Origin: Candidatus Staskawiczbacteria bacterium
GTDB lineage: Bacteria; Patescibacteriota; Minisyncoccia; Minisyncoccales; Staskawiczbacteraceae
Direction: 5' to 3'
Assembly (NCBI GenBank): GCA_026395215.1
Contig: JAPLZC010000012.1
Coordinates: 1 to 63,458 of the forward strand
Length of the DNA: 63,458 nt
Below the pieces are notes generated by a model that saw only the letters and a program-made list of their open reading frames with translations, ran no database searches and was not told where the DNA came from. Shown here piece by piece: positions 43,603-54,295 of the stretch; within the stretch, counting starts at the first letter, position 1, and the number at the start of each line of letters is the position of its first letter. The translations under genes were made by a program, and so were the position numbers.

Positions 43603-44346
43603 TTAAGTTATAAGTTCGTTAGCTTTTCCATAATAACTGTCCAAAGCAGCATTTTTCAAATAGTTCACTACATCATTTTTAAATTGCTGGTCTTTCAAAA
43701 ACGGCTTTAAAGCCTTAAATGCAAAGGCCGTTGCCGTCCTTTCACGCCTTATCATTTCAGCAACATCGTAATTCTTTTTAGATAAATCAAATTTTAGTCT
43801 GTTTTCGTTTGCCAGATCAATTGTATGCCCGATCTCATGCAACATAATAATAATTGCCCTTGGAGTAACAATGTCGCCTAAAACCTTTATAACCTTATCT
43901 TTTTCGTCAGTCGCACCGTGTATTGTGCCTGGCTCCGGACAAAATAATACTTTATAACCGTTAGGCAAAACATCTAACAAATTAACATCTGCCCCATCAA
44001 TATTAAAAAACATTTGATCTAAGTTTCTCCAATTACCGATGTCATTTTGTTGCTTTTTGTGAGGTATTTTTGATAAATATTCTTCTATCCCGTCTCTTTT
44101 ATCTTCATCCACTCGGGAATATACAAATCTGAAATTTATATTATCATTATTAATCCTTACTTCCCCTTCATCATTATATTTTACTTCTGCCAGTGGCTTG
44201 TCCAACCTTCCCAAAGATTCTTTTATCGGTGTTGCTCTCTCGAGCTCATCCAAAGAAATAAAATCTTCTGCAGGGTCCAATAACCTCCTAAGATAATCAT
44301 CGGGGTTTAGCAAATTATTCGATTCTCTTCGTGGTATGTCTGACAT
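43603..44346 (-). CDS. hypothetical protein with HExxH (HEIGH) metallopeptidase-like motif
   Basis: IIIMLHEIGHTIDL. No further family recognised. Confidence 0.45.
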   Translation of the reverse strand: MSDIPRRESNNLLNPDDYLRRLLDPAEDFISLDELERATPIKESLGRLDKPLAEVKYNDEGEVRINNDNINFRFVYSRVDEDKRDGIEEYLSKIPHKKQQNDIGNWRNLDQMFFNIDGADVNLLDVLPNGYKVLFCPEPGTIHGATDEKDKVIKVLGDIVTPRAIIIMLHEIGHTIDLANENRLKFDLSKKNYDVAEMIRRERTATAFAFKALKPFLKDQQFKNDVVNYLKNAALDSYYGKANELIT

Positions 44347-44348
44347 AA

Positions 44349-46980
<2,632 letters not shown>

Positions 46981-46981
<1 letters not shown>

Positions 46982-47622
46982 TATTGTACAATGTTAAGTG
47001 CCCTTCGCGAAACCGTTGATTGAATTGTCCTTATCGCAGTTTCTCCGGAAACTTGTACGTTTAGGAGTATAGTTACTGCGGGTTGAATGCCGTTTCCACT
47101 TGCGAAAGCCGGAGAGGCTGAATCTGCTGTTCTATTAACTAAAAATTTTAAAGACTTTACTTCAAAGTTAGTTGAAGAAGTAAGAGGGTTTCTAACACCA
47201 TTTTTTGTTTCAAATAAAACCCCTCCTTCTAAGAAAAAATACTGGCAAGTGGTAAGGTCATAATTATTATTCAAAAATTTTATTCCTGACGCAATATTTA
47301 TGCCGTCCCAGTTTGTGAGCAAATAAATATTGTTAGTCCCGGGACAGGTACCGGAAATATCTGTTTTTGCCGCTCTCAAAGCTTTAGCCATATATTCTTG
47401 CACATAGCTAATTTGGTTCAAAAATTGCTGTTCTGCCAAAACCCTTCTTTGGCCCTGAATAATGGAAATAAAAATCCCAAGGGCTGCCCCAATAATAAAC
47501 AAAAACACCGCCATAACCACAATCAGTTCTATTAAAGTAAACCCCGTTAGAGGTCCGCTTTTTTTGTAACCCGTCGAGATGCTTTTGACCTCTAACGGGG
47601 TAAATCCTTTGTTTAACTTCAT
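46981..47622 (-). CDS. type IV minor pilin (prepilin-type N-terminal cleavage/methylation domain; PilW-like) with insertion in leader
   Basis: ...TGFTLIELIVVMAVFLFIIG, with an upstream duplicated KGFT motif. Confidence 0.75.
47537..47604. mobile_element. MITE-like 58-nt element with 14-bp terminal inverted repeats and 5-nt direct repeat, inserted in frame in the prepilin leader
   Basis: ACCCCGTTAGAGGT (47541-47554) / ACCTCTAACGGGGT (47588-47601). GTAAA at 47537-47541 and 47600-47604. 58+5 = 63 nt = 21 codons. Confidence 0.7.
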
Positions 47623-47627
47623 AAAAT

Positions 47628-48422
47628 TTATGGAGCGTTAACAGTAATTGTATATGTCACCGTTTGCCCTTCAACGTTAATAGTCAACATTTCGCTAGCT
47701 ATCGGAGCAGAGGTATCAAAGCCAGATATATTACCAGGAGTAACAGCAACTTGTGCAGTAGTCCCGTTGTCGTATGTACCGGTTACCACTAACCCCGTAA
47801 GATCTAACAAATCTCCTACCGTATAAATAGTTTTGCTTGCCGGAGTTGTAATTGCAATGCTTTGCAATTGTGACCTGTACCAATTATAAAGCGTTTCTTC
47901 GGCGGTAATACAATTTTTGCCTTCGTTACAATCACCCGCCAAAAATCCCGAAGTATCAAGAACGTTTGCCTTTTTGTTCCATGAAACCTGTACGGTAACT
48001 TTTATAACATAAGAAGCCAATGAAGTATCAATTAAAATCCTTCTTTTAAATTTTGTTGCCGTGCCAGCCGCATAACTATAAAACCCGCCAGTTTCTATGT
48101 TCAAATAATCTATTGTACTGCCACCCAAACTCGTTGACTTATAGTCTGCCTCACATCCTGTGCTGGTGCAGGAACCAGATGAGGTAATTCCGTAGAGCCA
48201 GGTGGCACCGGAAACCTCGGCATCCATATTTAGCCAATTTTGGTCTCGTATGTTTCTGACAATTTCCATTCCCTCTTGCGCCAGGTAGGTTGCAGTAAGC
48301 CGGTCAGACGAATCTGAAGTTAAAATTGTTATAATAGAAAAAGCACTGAAAATGCCAACAACAGCAACAGATAAAATAAAAATGGAAATAATCAGTTCGA
48401 TAATTGTAAAACCTTTATTCAT
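47628..48422 (-). CDS. type IV minor pilin (PilV-like) with C-terminal Ig-like domain
   Basis: MNKGFTIIELIISIFIL prepilin motif. C-terminal IAITTPASKTIYTVGD...TYTITV Ig-like repeat. Confidence 0.75.
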   Translation of the reverse strand: MNKGFTIIELIISIFILSVAVVGIFSAFSIITILTSDSSDRLTATYLAQEGMEIVRNIRDQNWLNMDAEVSGATWLYGITSSGSCTSTGCEADYKSTSLGGSTIDYLNIETGGFYSYAAGTATKFKRRILIDTSLASYVIKVTVQVSWNKKANVLDTSGFLAGDCNEGKNCITAEETLYNWYRSQLQSIAITTPASKTIYTVGDLLDLTGLVVTGTYDNGTTAQVAVTPGNISGFDTSAPIASEMLTINVEGQTVTYTITVNAP

Positions 48423-48423
48423 A

Positions 48424-49131
48424 TTATTGAACGTCTATAAGCCCGGATTTATTAATTAAAACTTTTCTGCTTGAGCCATCTGTATTCTTCAAAAAAACTT
48501 TAACTGCAGAAAGTGCCGTGTCACCCGAAGCTGTTATTGTTGTGGTAGGGTTTGGCGGATTAAAATTAACGCTAACATCGTCATATGAATGACTACCGTC
48601 ACTGCCGTCGGCATTAACGTCAATAATTTTTTCTAAGGATAAACTTGCGTTCTCTGCATTAACAGAAATTGTTTCCACAACACAATCTTTTGGGACCGGA
48701 ATAGTTATCCTTATACCGCAATTAGAGCTAGCTTGATAATAACTTGATTGACTACAAAGCACTCCACTGTTGTATCTTTTATCGCTAGTACCGTCCACAC
48801 CTGCTATGTCAGCATATATTAAATACGTTGTAGGCTGGGTGGTATCAACATAAACGCCATATCCCTTGACCGGTACTGGACAATTGTCGGCACCTAGCGT
48901 TTGGACTCCAGAAGTTCCCATGTCTTCGGCCTTTCTGAAATCTTGCGCCATACTATATGTTGCTCTTAAAAGTGCTGACTGCCTTTGAATTTTGGGAAAA
49001 TCAGCAATCATAATCCCGGAAAAAACAGCAATCATAAAAATTACAACAATAAGTTCAATTAAAGTTATGCCCTTCTGAAATTTTAAATTTTGAATATATT
49101 TAAATACCATTGAATTATTTGATTTCCCCAA
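48424..49131 (-). CDS. type IV minor pilin (FimT/GspH-like)
   Basis: QKGITLIELIVVIFMIAVFSG. The 5' end overlaps the pilD 3' end (the true start may be M8 at 49110). Confidence 0.7.
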   Translation of the reverse strand: MGKSNNSMVFKYIQNLKFQKGITLIELIVVIFMIAVFSGIMIADFPKIQRQSALLRATYSMAQDFRKAEDMGTSGVQTLGADNCPVPVKGYGVYVDTTQPTTYLIYADIAGVDGTSDKRYNSGVLCSQSSYYQASSNCGIRITIPVPKDCVVETISVNAENASLSLEKIIDVNADGSDGSHSYDDVSVNFNPPNPTTTITASGDTALSAVKVFLKNTDGSSRKVLINKSGLIDVQ

Positions 49132-49886
49132 AACATTGCCAAAAATGTTCCCATAATTAAAAATGGGCCAAAGGGTATTTCGCTTTTTAATCCTTTTTTC
49201 TGGAAGGCCATTAGTATTAATCCTATTATAGCACCAAAAAAGAATGCCAAAAATAGAGCCACAAAAATATTCGGCATACCCAGCAAAAACCCCATTAAAA
49301 TAGCCAACTTTACGTCCCCAAACCCCATAGCCTTTCCCCGCGATAACAAAAATATAGCTAAAAAGAACCCCGAAGCAATTACCGCCGCAATCAAGAATCC
49401 CGGTATGTCCCTAAAATTTTCGACTAACCTAAAAACAAAAGTAATTATAATTGCGGGAAATAAAACCTTGTCTGGTATAATATAGTGCTTTAAATCGTAC
49501 ACAAAAATTATAATCAAAGAGCTGGCGACATAAAACAGGAAAACGAGGTTTAAACCCCATACCCACCCGGTCATACGACCGGGCGCCCCCGCCAAAATGG
49601 GGGCGAAATTGTAAATTAGCAAAAAAATTAGGCCTGTCGCGAGTTCAACCACAGGATACTGTGCGCTAATTTTTTTGTGGCAGTACCTACATTTACCGCC
49701 CAAAAACACCCAGCTAAAAACCGGAAATAAATCCAACCAACTTAAGTTATGTTTGCAGTGTGGGCAAAAACTCCTTCCCTTCAAACTCTTCTCCTCTTCC
49801 AACCGATAAATAAAACAATTCAAAAAACTCCCAATACAAATCCCCAACACAAACACAAAAACCCCAATTAAATAATTAAAAATCAT
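49083..49886 (-). CDS. pilD: prepilin peptidase PilD (A24 family)
   Basis: Zn-binding CPHCKH...CRYCHKKI, polytopic, GFGDVKL and a second catalytic Asp region. Confidence 0.92.
   Translation of the reverse strand: MIFNYLIGVFVFVLGICIGSFLNCFIYRLEEEKSLKGRSFCPHCKHNLSWLDLFPVFSWVFLGGKCRYCHKKISAQYPVVELATGLIFLLIYNFAPILAGAPGRMTGWVWGLNLVFLFYVASSLIIIFVYDLKHYIIPDKVLFPAIIITFVFRLVENFRDIPGFLIAAVIASGFFLAIFLLSRGKAMGFGDVKLAILMGFLLGMPNIFVALFLAFFFGAIIGLILMAFQKKGLKSEIPFGPFLIMGTFLAMFWGNQIIQWYLNIFKI
49566..49605. repeat. tandem GC-rich stem-loops, 'PVIRPGA' family read in the opposite sense, in frame in pilD
   Basis: CCCGGTC-ATAC-GACCGGG then CGCCCCC-GCCAAAAT-GGGGGCG encodes APILAGAPGRMTGW. Confidence 0.85.
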
Positions 49887-49944
49887 TATCTTATTTTATC
49901 ATCTTTTAACATAATAAAAAACAACCTTTCAACCAAATAATAAA

Positions 49945-49982
49945 ATAGTCGCGTTTTTTGCTGGAGGCAAAAACATGACTAT
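49945..49982. repeat. 38-nt long-stem palindrome, left inverted repeat of PaaX-like cassette 2
   Basis: ATAGTCGCGTTTTTTGC-TGGAG-GCAAAAACATGACTAT. Confidence 0.85.
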
Positions 49983-49985
49983 TTA

Positions 49986-50558
49986 TCAATCAAGCTTAAA
50001 ATGCTTTTTAAGATAATCCCCATTATCTATAAACTCCAATAATGCGAAACGGACATACTTTTCCAGCTTAAACAAACTCACAAAATCCTTTATCTCCTTT
50101 TCACAGTCATAGGGGTATATAAATAAACTCTCTTGTAGCTCGTAAAACCCGGCCATACGCGCCCTATACCTTAAGGCGTTCCTTCCTTTTTTGCATTCGT
50201 CGGGTATGTCAAAAGCTACCATTCGCCACCTCCCGTCCCAAACTCCCTTCTTGTTATTCAGTCTCTTAAATCTGATATTAAGCGCCCTTAATTTACCCTT
50301 GTCGGTTAAAGAAATTATAATAGAACCATCATAGTTCTTTTTCTTTTCAATAAATTTATGCTTTTTCAATTCTGTTATACCATCTTTAAAATCTTTCCTG
50401 CCCGCTCTCGCCAAAGCTCTAATGCTTTTGCCCGATATACCAAATATTTTTTCAGCTCTATAAGAAAATCCAAACTCTACGCAATCAGCCAGATGCAGTA
50501 ATATTTTTTCCGACAATCTCTGTTCTCCCGCTTTGGGAAAGTGTTTTCCTGAATCCAT
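49986..50558 (-). CDS. wHTH + PaaX-middle/Cas2-fold domain protein (PaaX-like), embedded in the pilus cluster
   Basis: WDGRWRMVAFDIPDECKKGRNALRYRARMAGFYELQESLFIYPYD. The C-terminal half is close to 34135..34710. Confidence 0.65.
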   Translation of the reverse strand: MDSGKHFPKAGEQRLSEKILLHLADCVEFGFSYRAEKIFGISGKSIRALARAGRKDFKDGITELKKHKFIEKKKNYDGSIIISLTDKGKLRALNIRFKRLNNKKGVWDGRWRMVAFDIPDECKKGRNALRYRARMAGFYELQESLFIYPYDCEKEIKDFVSLFKLEKYVRFALLEFIDNGDYLKKHFKLD

Positions 50559-50594
50559 ACTTTTTAATTAAATTTATAAATTAATACACCCTTA

Positions 50595-50603
50595 ATTATA
50601 CCA
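50595..50603 (-). promoter_or_regulatory. extended -10 (TGGTATAAT) of PaaX-like gene 2
   Basis: Minus-strand TGGTATAAT ~37 nt upstream of ATG 50558, directly downstream of the 50621-50658 palindrome. Confidence 0.4.
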
Positions 50604-50620
50604 CCGCACTACAAATTAAA

Positions 50621-50658
50621 ATAGTCGCGTTTTTGCCTCCAGCAAAAAATGCGACTAT
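50621..50658. repeat. right inverted repeat of PaaX-like cassette 2
   Basis: ATAGTCGCGTTTTTGC-CTCCA-GCAAAAAATGCGACTAT is the reverse complement of 49945-49982 with 3 mismatches (the loop is inverted). Confidence 0.85.
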
Positions 50659-50689
50659 TAATTAATTACTTCTTTACTTACTGTTCTCT

Positions 50690-50721
50690 ACCCGCTTCCG
50701 ACCACCCGCTTCCGACCACCC
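50690..50721. repeat. 14-nt tandem direct repeat x2 (+4 nt)
   Basis: acccgcttccgacc acccgcttccgacc accc, intergenic. Confidence 0.8.
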
Positions 50722-50765
50722 TTTTCCAACCACTCTCCTCTAAACACTCTTCCAACCAACGCCAC

Positions 50766-50798
50766 AAAAAAACAGAGCCCGTCCCCGAGCCCTGTTTT
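50766..50798 (-). terminator. rho-independent terminator after pilin 50830..51264
   Basis: Minus RNA CAGGGCUCG-GGGA-CGGGCUCUG (2 G:U pairs) followed by U7. Confidence 0.65.
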
Positions 50799-50829
50799 AA
50801 TTTTAACTCACCGAAAATAGTGCTATCAA

Positions 50830-51264
50830 TTACTGGCAAGTAGTAGTTGTAGCATCAGTTGTAGCAGTACATTTACCTGAAGCTAATGTTCCTACATATC
50901 CTGTACTATCTGAACACCAAGTAGTAGCACCAGATGGCATTGTAGATTTGACGCAGTAGGTAGTACCAACAGCACCGGTGGCAGCATTAATATATGTAGT
51001 AACCGTAGGAGCTGGGTTTATAGCACCAATTTTAGATACTATCGCCGCATATGTAGCATCAGAGGTAACTCCGGTATAAGTAAATCCCGACAAATAAAAA
51101 GCCATTGCTGCTGACTGCAATTGGTGAACATATTCAATTACTCCCGCATCTTTAGCCTTGTTTAGATAACTAGTTACATTAACTAATACGATTGAGGCCA
51201 AGATTGCGATGATGGCGATAACTACGATCAACTCGATAATTGTAAAACCTTTTGATTTTTGCAT
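50830..51264 (-). CDS. type IV pilin (prepilin N-terminal methylation motif)
   Basis: MQKSKGFTIIELIVVIAIIAILASIVLVNV. C-terminal Cys pair. Confidence 0.85.
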   Translation of the reverse strand: MQKSKGFTIIELIVVIAIIAILASIVLVNVTSYLNKAKDAGVIEYVHQLQSAAMAFYLSGFTYTGVTSDATYAAIVSKIGAINPAPTVTTYINAATGAVGTTYCVKSTMPSGATTWCSDSTGYVGTLASGKCTATTDATTTTCQ

Positions 51265-51325
51265 TTTATTTTAAAAAATTAATTATAGTCTTTCGACCTT
51301 TGTTTAATTCATTATTTATAATACC

Positions 51326-51359
51326 AAAAAAAACAGAGTCAAGCAAATGACCCTGTTTT
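51326..51359 (-). terminator. rho-independent terminator after pilin 51395..51790
   Basis: Minus RNA CAGGGUCA-UUUGCU-UGACUCUG followed by U8. It overlaps a possible TTGACT -35 for the next pilin. Confidence 0.65.
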
Positions 51360-51394
51360 AATTTTAACTCTACGAGAACGATTCCAAAAAACTA

Positions 51395-51790
51395 TTATGG
51401 TGTTGCACAAACTGATGTTGCTGTTGTACAAACCTTACTTTCAGACGTTACTCCAGTAGAATCGACACAGATTGTACCGCCACCTGGTAAAGTTGAAGAA
51501 GCACAGTAAGCGGTAGTAGGGGTTGCGGTGGTAACAAGGGTACCTCCTTGCTTTGTTATGTCGCCGGATAATGTTGCATCTATAGTACAAGATGCGTAAC
51601 TTAAGTTCTCTGCATAACATGTACCCATACCCAATGCGATACTTGATATATCCGATTTTACAGCTGCAGCTTTGGCTTTGTTTATGTATGTTGTTACGTT
51701 AACCAATACGATTGAGGCCAAGATGGCGATGATGGCGATAACTACGATTAACTCAATGATTGTAAAACCTTTTGATTTTTTAATTTGCAT
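51395..51790 (-). CDS. type IV pilin
   Basis: KSKGFTIIELIVVIAIIAILASIVLVNV. The 5' ~80 nt are nearly identical to those of 50830..51264. Confidence 0.85.
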   Translation of the reverse strand: MQIKKSKGFTIIELIVVIAIIAILASIVLVNVTTYINKAKAAAVKSDISSIALGMGTCYAENLSYASCTIDATLSGDITKQGGTLVTTATPTTAYCASSTLPGGGTICVDSTGVTSESKVCTTATSVCATP

Positions 51791-51939
51791 TTAAATTTTT
51801 GAACGAAGTGAGGAAAATTTATCCCGAGTCTTCAAGACGAGGGAATGCCTTGCTCCGTTTATTTTTAATTAATTTTATTTTATTTTTTTTGGATTTTTTT
51901 GAATTCGACCTTTGTTTATGTATCTACTTTATTTTTAAA

Positions 51940-52341
51940 TTACGGGCAAACGGTCTCTGATGCTATACATGCTGTGGCTGTTGTTGCCCCAGTAGAATCG
52001 ATACAAACATTACCACCACCTGGTAAAACTGAGCCAGCACAATAAGCAGTAGTGGGAGACTCAGTGATGACAATAGCTCCGCCCTGATCCACTACATCAG
52101 ACCTTAATTTATCTGACACATATGCAGGATTAGTAATACAACCTGAATAAGTTCCCGTGGTAGCAAAGCAGCCACTCATTCCAAAAGCAATGTTAACAAA
52201 ATCTGATTTTATCTTTGCAACTTTAGCTCCGTTAATATATGTGGTTACACTAACCATTATAATTACTGCTAATATAGCAATAATTGCAACCGCTACTAAC
52301 AACTCTATAATTGTGAAGCCCTTTTTATTTGAACGTATCAT
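51940..52341 (-). CDS. type IV pilin
   Basis: NKKGFTIIELLVAVAIIAILAVIIMVSV. The C-terminal half is similar to 51395..51790. Confidence 0.85.
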   Translation of the reverse strand: MIRSNKKGFTIIELLVAVAIIAILAVIIMVSVTTYINGAKVAKIKSDFVNIAFGMSGCFATTGTYSGCITNPAYVSDKLRSDVVDQGGAIVITESPTTAYCAGSVLPGGGNVCIDSTGATTATACIASETVCP

Positions 52342-52404
52342 TATGTTTATTTTACAAGATTAAGAATATCTATGCAATAGCGGGGTGTGGATAACTTGGG
52401 CGCG

Positions 52405-52446
52405 AATTATTCTAATTAACCTAATTATACTAATTATTCTAAATAA
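52405..52446 (-). promoter_or_regulatory. 42-nt pilin promoter/leader module, copy 1 (phased CTAATTA motifs, -10 TATAAT at 52424-52429)
   Basis: Identical 42-mer to 52960-53001. Lies upstream of pilin 51940..52341. Confidence 0.45.
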
Positions 52447-52453
52447 TTTGAAA

Positions 52454-52957
52454 TTACGACGAAGGGCACTGTGTTAATGTCATTGTATTAGTGCAAGAAC
52501 TAAGTGGTATTAGGTTATTTTTTACCCCCCTACTGTCCACACAGGAAGCGTATCCGTCACTAAATCTTGGTGCACAGGCTGCCCAGGCCTGACTGACAGC
52601 ATAGCAACAAACTCCGGCATAATTAGAAGTTGCCGACCAATTTGCTGGGTTGGAATCGTTGATATAGCAGGATTGCCCCGAAATTCCTCCTGAATTTTGA
52701 GGCATTTGGGCTATAGTATTTCTTATAACACTATTTTGCAAGGGATTGCAAAAGTCATTTATATCATTATTATAGCTGTTTCCGTTGCCGTTATACCAAA
52801 CTTCGCCGGCGGGAACTAAAATGGCTAAATTGCCGGAAATGTTAGAATCTTTACCTCTGTTTATATACTGAGTAACACTGAACAAAATAATCCCCGATAA
52901 AACAGCGGTTATAGCAATAACAACAATAAGCTCTATAAGTGTAAAACCTTTTTGCAT
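52454..52957 (-). CDS. type IV pilin (largest paralog, first after pilC)
   Basis: MQKGFTLIELIVVIAITAVLSGIILF. Confidence 0.85.
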   Translation of the reverse strand: MQKGFTLIELIVVIAITAVLSGIILFSVTQYINRGKDSNISGNLAILVPAGEVWYNGNGNSYNNDINDFCNPLQNSVIRNTIAQMPQNSGGISGQSCYINDSNPANWSATSNYAGVCCYAVSQAWAACAPRFSDGYASCVDSRGVKNNLIPLSSCTNTMTLTQCPSS

Positions 52958-52959
52958 AA

Positions 52960-53001
52960 AATTATTCTAATTAACCTAATTATACTAATTATTCTAAATA
53001 A
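52960..53001 (-). promoter_or_regulatory. 42-nt pilin promoter/leader module, copy 2 (-10 TATAAT at 52979-52984)
   Basis: AATTATTCTAATTAACCTAATTATACTAATTATTCTAAATAA immediately upstream of ATG 52957. An inverted ATTAG array lies at 53042-53078. Confidence 0.45.
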
Positions 53002-53079
53002 ATATTAATTTCTAATTTCTAAATTTAGTTATTGGTATTTGATTAGGTCAATTAGAGCAATTAGAATAATTAGAGTAAT

Positions 53080-54288
53080 TTATATGGTGCCCAAGGCGCC
53101 GTAGAGCGGTTCTATAACAGAGATCGCCAAAAGCGCCACGACTGCTCCTAAAAATACTATTAATATGGGTTCCAAAAGGGCTGTAAATGTTTCCACCGCC
53201 CTCTTTACTTCTTTATTATAAAAAACAACAATTTCCATTAAATTTTTATCTAAGGTTCCAGTTTCCTCTCCAACCTGTATCATTTGAACCACAAAAGGCG
53301 GAGCATATTCGGGATACTTTATTAAAACAGAACTCATTCTTTCTCCCTGGGAAACTCCTTCCTGTATTTCAATAAGAATTTTTTTATAAACATAATTCCC
53401 CACCATATCTTCAGTAATTTTTAAGGCATTATTAATAGACAAACCGGCTCCTATAAGAGTTGATATGCTCTCGGCAAACCTAATAAGAAAAGTTTTTTTA
53501 AAAAAACCTCCAAGTACCGGCATTTTTAAAGATAACTCGTCCCATTTTTTTCTGCCTTCATCGGTTCTGAAATAATAGAAAAAAAATACCGCCAAAAAGA
53601 AAATACCAACTATTACTGTCCAGCCCCAGTTTGCCAAAAATCCATAAAAATCAATCATCATTCTTGTAAATACCGGAGGCTCTGCAACGGTTTGGTTTAA
53701 TAAATCAACTAACTTTGGCATTACAAACATTATAATCATTGGGATCACCGCAAATAAAACAGCAATAACGAAAATAGGATAAATCATAGCCTGTTTTATT
53801 TGGCTAGATATGTCATATTCCCTTTCCAAATGTTCTGAAAGATATGAGAGCGATTCAGAAATTTTTCCTGAAGCTTCACCAGTTTTTATAAGGCTGGTGT
53901 AAAAAATACTAAATATGTCCGGGAATGCGCCAAATGCCTCCGACAAAGGACTGCCCTCTTCAACTAATTGAGAAATTTTCAAAATTTTATCTTTAAAAAC
54001 TGGATTTTTACCCTGAACCGCCAAACTTTTCAAGCTTTGAGTAATTGGCACCCGCGACTGCACCATCACCGACAATTGTCTTGAAAATATTGCCAGGTCC
54101 TTTTTGGAAACCTTATTTAAAAAACTAAAATTTTCGGTACGGAAAACAAAAGAGTTCTGCTCCTTTATAGAAGTAACAAAAATATTATATTTTTGCAGAA
54201 GAAGGGCGGCTGCTTCCTTGGATGATGCCTCAACTGTGCCCGTTTCGGCCTTGCCTTCTTTGCTTCGAGCCTGATAAATATACTTCAT
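53080..54288 (-). CDS. pilC: type IV pilus platform protein PilC (GspF family)
   Basis: Two T2SSF repeats, 3 TM helices. 402 aa. Confidence 0.93.
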   Translation of the reverse strand: MKYIYQARSKEGKAETGTVEASSKEAAALLLQKYNIFVTSIKEQNSFVFRTENFSFLNKVSKKDLAIFSRQLSVMVQSRVPITQSLKSLAVQGKNPVFKDKILKISQLVEEGSPLSEAFGAFPDIFSIFYTSLIKTGEASGKISESLSYLSEHLEREYDISSQIKQAMIYPIFVIAVLFAVIPMIIMFVMPKLVDLLNQTVAEPPVFTRMMIDFYGFLANWGWTVIVGIFFLAVFFFYYFRTDEGRKKWDELSLKMPVLGGFFKKTFLIRFAESISTLIGAGLSINNALKITEDMVGNYVYKKILIEIQEGVSQGERMSSVLIKYPEYAPPFVVQMIQVGEETGTLDKNLMEIVVFYNKEVKRAVETFTALLEPILIVFLGAVVALLAISVIEPLYGALGTI

Positions 54289-54295
54289 TAAAAAA

